From Gemmatimonadota bacterium (lineage in GTDB: Bacteria > JBHIER01 > G020348925): DNA of 64,000 nucleotides. Positions within the stretch are counted from its first letter, which is position 1. The number at the start of each line of letters is the position of its first letter. The notes beneath the pieces are model-generated. The model was not told the DNA's origin. It saw only the letters and a program-made list of their open reading frames with translations, and did not search any database. The translations under genes were made by a program, and so were the position numbers. Of this stretch, positions 20,565 through 30,497 are shown piece by piece. Location: positions 2,247,688-2,311,687 of the forward strand of contig CP070758.1 in the NCBI GenBank assembly GCA_020348925.1, given 5' to 3'.

Positions 20565-21458
20565 TTACAGGAGAACAGCTTCTTCTCTGGCTCCGTGCGT
20601 CTCCTTCTCCAACTCCTTTTCAATCTCCTTTACCGTACTATTGTCGTGGTCCAAAAACAGCACCGAGTAGTGCTTGCCCATGTATTCTTCTTTGACCTGG
20701 ACTTTGAGAACACCACGGTTGCCGAGTTCATAGATGAGTTCTTTTCTCTGCTCATCAGTCAGCGTTTTAAACTCTTCGTTCATAAAGTTCTTGTAGAAGG
20801 GATTGAGCCATATTTCTGGGCCGAACTGTTTTTCAGCCTGCACAATGAGATGCACACACCGTTTGAGATTATCCTCGCAGAGATGTCCGGTGTCCAGTCC
20901 GTTGTCTTTTTCGATCTTGGTTTCCCGTATACGGGCTCCGGATTTTGATGCTCTCGGTCGACGATACCCTCTCGTCAGGAGTGTGTTCCCGTCGATAAAA
21001 TTCTCACGACCGATAATGGTGATCAGATCGCCCGAAGTGGCATCCGGTAATCCGACAATTCGGATTCGTTTCCCTTTCTCGCGAATGCGGGAGCAAATAG
21101 GAATGTAATCCCTGTCCCCGGCTACGATGATGAATCCATGGATGTCCTCGCGAGTTAAAAGAACCTCCAGAGCATCCAAGGAGAGAGCAAGGTCCGCCGA
21201 ATTCTTTCCAGGTTTTCCCAGCACATACTCAGGTTTGACGCTCAAGAGGGCCAGTGATGATTGAGGATCTGGATCGCTGCCCACACCCTCCCAGTCGGCA
21301 AAGGCTCTTCGAATAATAATTCGATCATCTTCCTTTTCGATAGAATGGATGAGGTTACGGATCAGACGCAGCGCCTCCTCTTTGCCGTCTGGAACACCGT
21401 GCATGGTCTCAATTACGCGCTGCATGTTTTCAAAATCGATAAATAGAGCGTACTGCAT
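20565..21458 (-). CDS. NYN (LabA/DUF88, PIN-like) domain protein
   Basis: FIDFEN, GKNSADLALSLD and VAGDRDY acidic motifs; GGAGG RBS. Confidence 0.88.
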   Translation of the reverse strand: MQYALFIDFENMQRVIETMHGVPDGKEEALRLIRNLIHSIEKEDDRIIIRRAFADWEGVGSDPDPQSSLALLSVKPEYVLGKPGKNSADLALSLDALEVLLTREDIHGFIIVAGDRDYIPICSRIREKGKRIRIVGLPDATSGDLITIIGRENFIDGNTLLTRGYRRPRASKSGARIRETKIEKDNGLDTGHLCEDNLKRCVHLIVQAEKQFGPEIWLNPFYKNFMNEEFKTLTDEQRKELIYELGNRGVLKVQVKEEYMGKHYSVLFLDHDNSTVKEIEKELEKETHGAREEAVLL

Positions 21459-21875
21459 TGATAATACCTCCTATAATTATATTTTTAAGCTCTATAAGAT
21501 AGAGAAAGAACCGGTCAAGGGCAACCTAAAATAAATGTGGGATATCGGCACGCATTGATATTTATTTTAAGGTTGAAAGAGATGCTTGCTTCTCGACGTG
21601 AGAATGTTTTGGCAGTAATTGTGAAGCCAAGGGAGGGGTGCAAAAAAATGCACCAAGCATAATTTTATTGCCCTTTTTCAGGCCAATTGAGTTGAAGCTC
21701 GGACCTGCGGTCTCACCGGATGTAGGGATTTTTACATTGAATAAGTATTGATTCTTTTCTTATTTATGTGAAATGACCCATATTGGCTTTGGCAAGAAGA
21801 GCGGAGTCCAGGACTCTTTGGTCGATGAGTTTTACCTCCGAGCGGTTTCCAGTGAGGTTTTGAAAGTACTATGGG

Positions 21876-21891
21876 TGGCATGCATTTTGCA
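21876..21891 (+). promoter_or_regulatory. Candidate sigma54 -24/-12 promoter
   Basis: TGGCATGCATTTTGCA: GG-N10-GC with TTGCA, close to TGGCAC-N5-TTGCW. Confidence 0.4.
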
Positions 21892-22113
21892 TACTTGAAA
21901 AATGTCTTGACATGAAAAGGTGTTATCCTATCGTGAGAGACAAAAGTTTTTTAAGGAAGTGTCCGTTCTGCATATGAAACGATGAGAAGGAGGCGAAAAA
22001 ATTGTATTTTGTCTCTTGTGAAAAATCATTGAAAGAGAATGCTTGGAATTTGCTTTCTACAATGAAATCTGATTCTTTGGTGCTGTTGTTCACGTAATGC
22101 AGAAGTCTTAGCC

Positions 22114-24576
22114 GTGGAAGAAAAAACAAGATATTCCGAGTATCGGAAAGGGGTTGATCGGTTGTCACATCGTCTTTTGAAAGTTCCCCAATTATTGGGA
22201 AGAGACAGAGAACTCGCCTTTTTAGAAAACCATTTCGATGCGGCAAAGGATGGACAGGGGCGATTTGTGTTACTCTCAGGGGAGGCTGGAATAGGCAAGA
22301 CGCGTCTCGTTGAAGAGTTTCAGAAAAGAGTAATGAAATCCGAAGATGTCCGAATCTTGACCAGTTATTGTTCTTCCCAGAAAAAAAACTTTCCGTACAA
22401 TATGTTTACCAGGATGTGTATCCCTCGACTCGAAGACCTCCAACATACTGGAGAGCATGAGGAAACGAGATCACTTCGTACCAATGGAAGCCCTAATTCC
22501 GAGGGATACATATTACCGCTTGTGGACTCGATGATACGTGAGGAGCAGATCGAAGACGCAGAATTTGCCAGGCGAAAGATGTTTTACGGTGTAAGTCAAT
22601 CTCTGCTTCGATTAGCTGCTGAAACACCGCTCCTTATTATTTTAGAGGATATACACTGGGCAGATGCCACCTCTCTTCAGCTTCTTCACTCAATTGCCAG
22701 AAATGTAACCGGAGAGAGAATTCTTGTGGTCATAACCCATCGTCCTGAAGAGATTATGTCTGAAAAGAGCGGCTCAATTTATTTTTTGGCGGACATATTG
22801 CATAGAATGGGACGTGAGCTTCTCTATGAACGATTAGAACTTCTGCGGCTTTCCAGAAAAGAGAATGATCGTCTTATCAAGTGGTACTTCCCTCGTTCTC
22901 ATTTTTCAGAGCATTTTCTACAGTCCATATATGCCAGGACGCAGGGAAATCCTTATTTCACAAAAAGTCTCTTAGAGCTTTTGGTGAGCAAAGATATTAT
23001 TGTAGAATCTAATAAAGTTTGGAGTAGTGCCGAAAAAATTGGGTTGCAACATATCCCTGATTCACTTCATGAGATACTCAGACAACGGCTGAACGGCATG
23101 AATGATACCGAAAGGGCTATAATAGAGTGTGCTGCAGCAGTTGGTGAGAGATTTGCTCCTGAGATCATTTCTGAGGTCAGGGGAATCCCGGTTGAAAACC
23201 TCGTAAGAAAACTCGACTCCGTAGGACAGAAATACAATATTCTCATTGCGAACGGAGAGGAATATCTCTTCAATTATGCTCTGATCGAAGAGATGCTGTG
23301 CCAGAGCATAGATAAACAAAAACGCAGAAACCTCCATCAACAAATCGGTGCGGCGATGGAGAATATTTATAAAGACCAAATCGATTCGAAGGTGGATGAA
23401 CTGGCCTATCACTTTTCAACGGGAAGCGATGAGATCAAGGCTCTGCCATATTTGGAGCGAGCAGGAGAAAGGGCAAAGAATTTGTTGGCCTATCAAGAAG
23501 CCCTAAACTATTTCGAATCGGCTCTCTCTATTTTGGAAAATGCTCCGTCGACTCAAGATAATAATCGACACGGAGTCCAGATAATAATACGAGCCGGAGA
23601 AATGCATCAAGCTCTCGGCAATTGGGATAGATCCCTGGAGTATTTTAAAAACGTTTTAGATATCAGCGAAGAATTGAAAGATGAGCACATCCAGGGAAAA
23701 GCGCTCATGAAAGTTGGTTTAGCCTATGTTGAGCGAAGCGACTGGACTCAAGCAGAATCTTACCTGAATAGGAGTTTGGCTATCTTCCAGCGTTTCGATG
23801 ACTTGGAGAGTTGCGGTTATACAATAACTTGTATTGCGGACATTCACTTTAAAAGATGTGAATGGCAGAAGGCTTGGGATTTTTACGAGGAAGCGCTTGA
23901 AACTGCCATGCGATTGGTGGACAAAAGACTCATGGCAAGGATTTTTAACAATCTTGGAGCCATCTCGGATATCCGCGGGGACTTTTTTGAAGCTATTCCC
24001 TATTACAGTAAAAGTCTCGAGCTCTACAGCGAATCGGAAGACTATTTTGGTATGGCCCATAGTTACCACAAGCTTGGAATGGTCCATGCGAATAAACAGG
24101 AGTGGGAGGAGGCTATTGAGTTTTACAACAGGAGTATTGCCCTGTGGCAAAAGACAGGAGAATTGAGTCAGATGGCTCTCACCTATCTCCATAAAGCTGT
24201 TGCATATCTTTATGTTTCCGATACAGACGGAGCAGAGAGGTGGGCCAACTTGGCTGGGCAGAATCTTATAAGGGTCGAGGACCCTCTCGGTTTGGCCGAG
24301 TGTAATAAAATATTGGGTATTATAGGGGTCCGAAAACAAGAATGGCATTATGCCCAGAGGCGTTTCGAAGAGAGTGTTCGAATCTACGAATCGTGCGAAA
24401 ATTTGCTGGGTTTGGCGGAAAGCTATCAAGAAATGGGCTTTATGTATAGGATTAGGGCTAAGAAAGAGAAAGCGTTGGAAGCTTTTCAACGATCCATGAA
24501 TATTTATAAGAAACTCGGCATTGAGAGTCGAGTCAAGGAGATGAGGCAAAAAATTTCTACTCTTTCCCCTCCATGA
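22114..24576 (+). CDS. AAA_16/STAND-like P-loop ATPase with C-terminal TPR array
   Basis: GRDREL, GEAGIGKT Walker A, IILEDIHWAD Walker B, TQGNP (GxP), then multiple TPRs. Confidence 0.88.
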   Translation: MEEKTRYSEYRKGVDRLSHRLLKVPQLLGRDRELAFLENHFDAAKDGQGRFVLLSGEAGIGKTRLVEEFQKRVMKSEDVRILTSYCSSQKKNFPYNMFTRMCIPRLEDLQHTGEHEETRSLRTNGSPNSEGYILPLVDSMIREEQIEDAEFARRKMFYGVSQSLLRLAAETPLLIILEDIHWADATSLQLLHSIARNVTGERILVVITHRPEEIMSEKSGSIYFLADILHRMGRELLYERLELLRLSRKENDRLIKWYFPRSHFSEHFLQSIYARTQGNPYFTKSLLELLVSKDIIVESNKVWSSAEKIGLQHIPDSLHEILRQRLNGMNDTERAIIECAAAVGERFAPEIISEVRGIPVENLVRKLDSVGQKYNILIANGEEYLFNYALIEEMLCQSIDKQKRRNLHQQIGAAMENIYKDQIDSKVDELAYHFSTGSDEIKALPYLERAGERAKNLLAYQEALNYFESALSILENAPSTQDNNRHGVQIIIRAGEMHQALGNWDRSLEYFKNVLDISEELKDEHIQGKALMKVGLAYVERSDWTQAESYLNRSLAIFQRFDDLESCGYTITCIADIHFKRCEWQKAWDFYEEALETAMRLVDKRLMARIFNNLGAISDIRGDFFEAIPYYSKSLELYSESEDYFGMAHSYHKLGMVHANKQEWEEAIEFYNRSIALWQKTGELSQMALTYLHKAVAYLYVSDTDGAERWANLAGQNLIRVEDPLGLAECNKILGIIGVRKQEWHYAQRRFEESVRIYESCENLLGLAESYQEMGFMYRIRAKKEKALEAFQRSMNIYKKLGIESRVKEMRQKISTLSPP

Positions 24577-24775
24577 GAGGAATCGTAACCGAATCTGGAA
24601 AAATGGAATCCTTGAGAGATTCTCCAGCTCTTACAGAGTTTGGAAAATTTTTTTTGCCTCCATGTGTCAGACGCTTTCAAAGGCTTTCTTAAGACATAAA
24701 TGAGATTGTAACATATTGATATTATTGATAATAATACATATTCAAAGAAATATTGAGATACAAGTTTGAACTGAA

Positions 24776-24907
24776 CTCCCTTTGGTCGCTCACTTACCCG
24801 GGGATTTCACCAACCCTCTGGTACTTGGCGATCCTTGGTCTATTCGAATCGCTCCACTGTCACCCTTGAAAGGGGCTTTCCCCCTTCAAGCGGCCCCCTG
24901 CCTATCG
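24776..24907. repeat. Dispersed ~130-bp intergenic repeat, copy 1
   Basis: Colinear with 39140-39270; both start CTCCCTTTGGTCGCTCACTT and end CCCCTGCCT.TCG. Confidence 0.75.
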
Positions 24908-25585
24908 TAAATTTGTAGAATTTTCCGATAGGACGTGTCATTTTCCTGGCTGGAAGAATTATCTCCATTTTATTTATTCCTGACTTCTAAGCTTCAACTC
25001 CCTCATCGCTCGAAAACCGCTTTTATCCTCCTTAATCTGTATCGTATTCAACCATTGAGTTAACGATTTTTAACACATGCTCTGACTTAACTGTAATTTT
25101 GAGAACGATTTATCAGGAGAAGAATCTCTTATCATGGGCGCGAGATTCTCACGTCGCTTCGTCCGAAATGACAAATCCGGCAAACTGACCTCATGAATCG
25201 CACAACGTAGGTCCAAGGTGGAGTGCTTAACTTGATTCATTCATAAACAATTATGATGTTCTCCATACAGAATTGAGTATAAAAATAAAAATAGAATGTT
25301 ACGAAATTTATATCCTAACGTGGATAATTGCCATAGTGTTTTGCCATAAAATTGTAAAAATGAGTGAATCCCTTTGCGCGGGAGAACATCCAAGCCCATC
25401 TCTCTTTTTTTGTGGACTCTTGAAACACTAAGTTGGATATATACTTATGTAATAAAATCTTTGTGTGTCTGGTTTTTGAACACTTTTCAAGCGTCCCATC
25501 ATTTTTTTGGCATTTTTTTCGCATTTTGAACATTGTTGCTATGTTGCTTCAAAGGCATTTCCTTTGGGAGTGACTTTGAAAAGTG

Positions 25586-25710
25586 CTCGATAAAGGTAAA
25601 CTTCGGGAAACCGGGGGACACAAAGCCACGGGTCTAAAAGCGGTCGCAAGACGCAAATAAAGTGAAAACCTGCATAATTCAGACTGCTCAGGATGGCCGG
25701 GCTGCCGAAG
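25586..25710 (+). ncRNA. c-di-GMP-I (GEMM) riboswitch
   Basis: CGATAAAG-GTAAAC-TTCGG-GAAA-CCGGG-GGACAC-AAA-GCCACGGGTCTAAA...GATGGCCGGGCTGCCG: P2 with GNRA loop, AAA junction, P3 with receptor; about 55 nt upstream of ATG 25766. Confidence 0.9.
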
Positions 25711-25765
25711 CTGACAAGAAGTGGAGGTGGTCTGGCTTTTTAAATAATGTGAATTAAGAGGGAGA

Positions 25766-26368
25766 ATGATCATGCAAAAAATAAAAATGTCTGTATTACT
25801 AATGATGCTCATAACCGTTTTATTTGGAGTAATTGTGGGTCATGCCCAGACTGCGCCAACTGTGAACGGCCTTTTTTACGGGGATGGCGATTACGATAAC
25901 TACTACTTTCTGATGCGCGGTACGAGCGGGCGTGGGGACGTCTATTACAATCTCCTCGGTGATACCCTTTACCTGCTCATGCTCGTTGATGAGATTGCCA
26001 ACGATAATGTCTTTGGAACGAAGAAAGATGATGGATCCTACATGGCCAGTGCGGGTTGGAGCGCAGTGCACTCTGGTGACCGTTTGATCGGTTCCGATCA
26101 CCTGGAAGTTGCCGTGACGTGTGGCGATTCGACATGGAGTTGGTGGCAGGATTACATTTACGAACCTGATGAGGATGAAGATCCGAATGAAGCCGACTGG
26201 CTCTCAAGTCCATTTGGACCCGATGGAGGTGGTACGCCACCACCTGGACTTATTTCCTCGGCCAGCTCGATGCAATGGAATATGAACAATACCACCTGGG
26301 ATGTCACCCTGGGGGGGGACTCGAAGCGGTTCATTGACATGGAAGTCAGTCGATGGGGACAACGATAA
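25766..26368 (+). CDS. N-terminal part of a secreted surface protein; frame shifts at the G8 tract 26311-26318
   Basis: Signal peptide (..VGHA-Q). Coding-like sequence continues in the overlapping frame immediately after the G8 run. Confidence 0.75.
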   Translation: MIMQKIKMSVLLMMLITVLFGVIVGHAQTAPTVNGLFYGDGDYDNYYFLMRGTSGRGDVYYNLLGDTLYLLMLVDEIANDNVFGTKKDDGSYMASAGWSAVHSGDRLIGSDHLEVAVTCGDSTWSWWQDYIYEPDEDEDPNEADWLSSPFGPDGGGTPPPGLISSASSMQWNMNNTTWDVTLGGDSKRFIDMEVSRWGQR

Positions 26369-27534
26369 TGACGTGAAGGATGAGGGCTGGCCAATATGGA
26401 ACGATACGTACCAGTGGGAGTGGGCGATGGTGTATGAAATGAGCATTGAGTTGAGTGCCTGCGGCAGCAATCCGTTGACCGTAGAGATCATTAGTGCGCA
26501 CAATTCCCCTGCAAAGGACAGCGAGGAGAATCTTCCTATCTCTCCGGTTATGCTGATTGACTACGGCGATGCACCTGACGGATATGGTACTAACATGGAA
26601 ACCAATGGTGCTCGCCACTATGTCGTCATAAATGGTCCCTTTATGGGCACAAGTGTGGATGCGGATTCGAATGGACAATCAGACGTCAACGCTTTGGCCG
26701 ATGACATGTTGGACGGTAATGATGACGAGGACGGTGTTGTCTTCACATCATCGCTGGTACCCTGTCAGCTGGCCGATATTACCGTTACAACGTCGAGGGC
26801 AGGTAGGCTCGATGCCTGGATCGATTTTAATAACGATGGTGATTGGGCGGAACCTGGTGAACAGATCATTGCCAACGAATCTCTGGGAACAGGCTCAAAC
26901 GGATTATCCTTTTCAGTCCCTTGCGGAGCGACAATAACAAACCAAACATTCGCCCGATTCCGATTGAGCTCAGCAGGAGGTCTGTCATATGGAGGATTGG
27001 CAGATGATGAGGAGGTGGAGGACTATGAAGTGGCCATTGTTAAGGAGGACGCCGATGGCGATGGTGTTCCGGATGGTGATGACAATTGTATGATTACTCC
27101 AAATCCCGGTCAGGAGGATAATGACGGTGACGGAGTAGGCGATGTCTGTGACAACTGCCCGACTGATCCCTATAAGACCGAACCTGGAATGTGCGGCTGC
27201 GGTGTCGCCGATACCGATAGCGATGGGGACGGAACGCCGGACTGCAATGACGGCTGCCCGGCTGATGCGGGTAAGACGGATCCTGGCGTATGCGGCTGCG
27301 GTGTCGGCGATACCGATAGTGATGGAGACGGGACACCGGACTGTAATGATGGGTGTCCGGCTGATCCTAACAAAACGGATCCGGGAGTGTGTGGGTGTGG
27401 TGTGGCCGACACGGACGGCGATGGGGACGGAACGCCGGACTGCAATGACGGCTGCCCGGCTGATGCGGGTAAGACGGATCCTGGCGTATGCGGCTGCGGT
27501 GTCGGCGATACCGATAGTGATGGAGACGGGACAC
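26301..27534 (+). CDS. Continuation of the same gene: GEVED-like domain and thrombospondin type-3-like Ca-binding repeats (3' end lost in gap)
   Basis: DYGDAPDGYG, LDAWIDFNNDGDW, FARFRLS and EEVEDY motifs, then DADGDGVPDGDDNC and CGC-containing repeats. Confidence 0.8.
27192..27534 (+). repeat. Coding tandem repeat, 99 bp / 33 aa, about 3.5 copies visible
   Basis: CGCGV(A/G)DTD(S/G)DGDGTPDCNDGCPAD..KTDPGV units start at 27192, 27291, 27390 and 27489. Confidence 0.9.
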
Positions 27535-27634
27535 NNNNNNNNNNNNNNNNNNNNNNNNNNNNNNNNNNNNNNNNNNNNNNNNNNNNNNNNNNNNNNNNNN
27601 NNNNNNNNNNNNNNNNNNNNNNNNNNNNNNNNNN

Positions 27635-29425
27635 CGGATTACACTCAATAATGTTTGCATACTCTGCTTCTATATAAAGTCTTTCCTTATTAGATGCCTT
27701 CTGTGCATAAGTCATGGCCTTTTCATAAGCATTAATCATCGACTTAGTATCTCCTAGACCACCGTATGAGGACGCAAGAAAAAGATAGGCTACAGCAAAA
27801 GTCGAATCGAGCTTGACTGCCTTTTTGAGAAAATACCTAGCATCATCATGATAGAATTTCTCCCAATCCTCTCTTCCCCTTAAAAAATAGTTGTAAGCAT
27901 CCATAGAAGTAGTGGTCACTTCAGCTATCGGTATCTGAGCAGACTTTATTATACGATCAGATATACCCATTCCTCGAGAGATTTCCCTACTCAATTCATC
28001 AATCTGACTGCTCAAAATACTGCTAACGCCTTCACCTTTTGAACTGGCAGTCTTTACTATGTTTTCTGTATTTAGATCTAGGACTTTCAATTCCATTGTA
28101 AAAACATTTCCATTCTTGATGAAGCTTCCCCAGACAACGGCATCAACACCATCCATATGGCAAAGCTCAATACCCAAACTCCTGTCTATAAACTCTATAT
28201 CTCCCTTTCCAATCTGTTTTAGGAGATCAAACAGGCGCTCCCAGGTGGTTACCCGGAGATATTTGGATTGCTCAAGGCTTGTAATTAAAAGATTTGGAAT
28301 AGCTGCTTGCAGATAATCATAAGCTTTATCTCCGGTTTTATTCTCAAAGCTGATAACGGCAATAGACAACGCCTCCGAAACCAACGCTTTTTCAAAAAAA
28401 ATAGGTTTTAACAAAAAAAATCCCAAAAACAAAAGAATCGCAATTCCAAGCAGTATTTTATTTCTCCTCGGTGAAAGTAAAATTCTTACATACTTTAATA
28501 TATTCGTTCTATAATAATCCTTTTTACCTACTTGACGAATCTCTTTTATTATGGATTCTCTTTTGAAAGCTTTCGGAGAAGAATGATCACCTTCCTCTGC
28601 TTTTTCCACGAGTCTCTTCAAATCCAATTTTAATTCATCAATATGGTGATAGCGATTCACTCTTTCTTTTTCAAGAGTCCTGTTAACAACCTGTTCTAAC
28701 TTCTGAGATATTCCAGGGCATAGCTTCGATACAGCTTCAGGTTTAACATTTATAATTTGATAGACTACGATTTGCTCATAGTCTCCTTTGAATGGTAACT
28801 CTCCTGTAAGCATCTGATACAATACGACACCCACTGACCAAATGTCAGTTCTGTAATCAACCTCATCGCCATGTATTTGTTCAGGTGACATGTAGCATAT
28901 AGTACCAAGTCTCGATGACTGCTTGGTTATACCAGACACCCATTTTAACTTCGCCAAACCAAAATCCAATATCTTCACTTGCCCATCTCTGTCAATGAAT
29001 ATATTTCCAGGTTTGATATCACGATGGACGATTCCGCCTTTATGAGCTTTACTTAATCCTTCACAGATCTGTATGGTGATGCTGAAAATTTCATTGACAG
29101 TCAGAGATGGGGAATTTTTCACCCGTTTAGACATTTTTTCCTGCAAGGATTCACCTTCAATATATTCCAAAGCAGTGAAAATTTGTTCTTCATACTCCCC
29201 GATTTCATATATAGTAATGATATTTGGATGACTGAGAGCAGCCACCGCCTGAGCTTCACGTTGAAATCGTTCCCGAGCTTCACGATCTGTAGTCAGGTGT
29301 GTCGGGAGAAACTTCAGCGCCACGGTGCGTTTTAGCTTGATATCTTCAGCCTTATAAACCACACCCATACCCCCTTCACCAAGTTTTTCGAGGATTTTAT
29401 AATGTGAGATGGTTTCGTCAATCAT
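27635..29425 (-). CDS. Hanks-type Ser/Thr protein kinase with TM segment, TolB-N-like domain and TPR (3' end lost in gap)
   Basis: LGEGGMGVVY, VALK, HRDIKPGN, DFG, YMSPE and DIWSVG motifs; SIAVISFENKTGD; GGGAGG RBS before ATG 29425. Confidence 0.92.
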
Positions 29426-29677
29426 AGTTCGATCAAAACCTCCCTTTGTAGCACATAACCCGGATGATTGTATTCGTAAAGTATTTGTTTTCTTAATAAA
29501 AATCAAGAGAAAAAGCAGATTAAAAAGGTGTCCTTATCGAGGGCTTTGGGATGTTGCCGGATCTCAGACAAAATCAAAACACGTTCAAAGCCTTTGAGTT
29601 ATACCTATCCCTATTCAGGAAAAGGCCTTTCGAGCGTCGAGAGTACAGTAAATCAGTCCGAAAAACTGGTTTTTCCC

Positions 29678-29706
29678 TTGACATAGAGCGTTATATTTCG
29701 TATAAT
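29678..29706 (+). promoter_or_regulatory. Consensus sigma70 promoter
   Basis: Perfect TTGACA-N17-TATAAT upstream of the cyclophilin genes. Confidence 0.75.
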
Positions 29707-29800
29707 AAGCCCGCTTATAGTAAGCCCACGGTAGGGTCTATTGGGCGAAGGTATTGTGCTTTACTTATTGTTCACTGATTTCTATCGGAAGGGAGGAGTC

Positions 29801-30445
29801 ATGAAGTATCATAAGATGTTTCCGCCGTTTGTAGCGTTAGTCTTTTTCTCTCTCATCCTCTTCGGATGTGCTCAGAAGCAAGAGGAAGCCGGTCAGCCGG
29901 CCGCTGAGAAAAAAGCCGAGCCACAAGCAACTGAAAAAGCAGGGGGGGAGGAGGTGGCCGTGATTGAGACGGACTTCGGACAGATCGTGTTCAAGTTCTA
30001 CGAAAAAGAAGCCCCGCAGCATACGGCCAACTTTAAGAAACTGGCCCGGGAAGGCTTTTACGACGGGTGCACCTTCCATCGGGTTATTCCAAATTTTATG
30101 ATCCAGGGTGGTGATCCTCTGAGCAAAGACGACAACCGTTCCAACGATGGCACCGGCGGTCCTGGCTACACCGTACCTGCTGAAATGGGAGTCAAACACA
30201 CCCGCGGTTCGGTGGCGGCAGCCAGACGAGGCGATCAGGTCAATCCGGAAAAAGCCTCGAGCGGTAGTCAGTTCTATATCTGTGTGGTTGACCTCCCCAA
30301 TCTGGACGCCGCCGGCTACTCCGTCTTCGGACAGGTTATCGAAGGCATGGACGTGGCGGACAAGATAGTGAATGTCCAAAGGGACCAGAGAGATAATCCG
30401 CTTCAAAAAGTCGTTATGAAAAAAGTGTCCATCAAAAGTCAATAA
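29801..30445 (+). CDS. Cyclophilin-type peptidyl-prolyl isomerase, lipoprotein
   Basis: LFGC lipobox; FYDGCTFHRVIPNFMIQGGDP, GSQFYI and YSVFGQV motifs; GGAGG RBS. Confidence 0.93.
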   Translation: MKYHKMFPPFVALVFFSLILFGCAQKQEEAGQPAAEKKAEPQATEKAGGEEVAVIETDFGQIVFKFYEKEAPQHTANFKKLAREGFYDGCTFHRVIPNFMIQGGDPLSKDDNRSNDGTGGPGYTVPAEMGVKHTRGSVAAARRGDQVNPEKASSGSQFYICVVDLPNLDAAGYSVFGQVIEGMDVADKIVNVQRDQRDNPLQKVVMKKVSIKSQ

Positions 30446-30497
30446 TAAGTTCGAGGAAGACGCTTTTATTCATAAACCGACCAAAGGAATAGCGCCT

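Noticed and set aside
27192-27534. CRISPR-like regular repeats (also 49210-50095 and 40800-42600)
   Set aside because: All are in-frame coding repeats without unique spacers, and no cas genes were seen.
27170-29506. 778-aa kinase ORF with a Pro/Ser-rich repeat tail
   Set aside because: The tail is the antisense translation of the TSP3-like repeats on the other side of the N gap.
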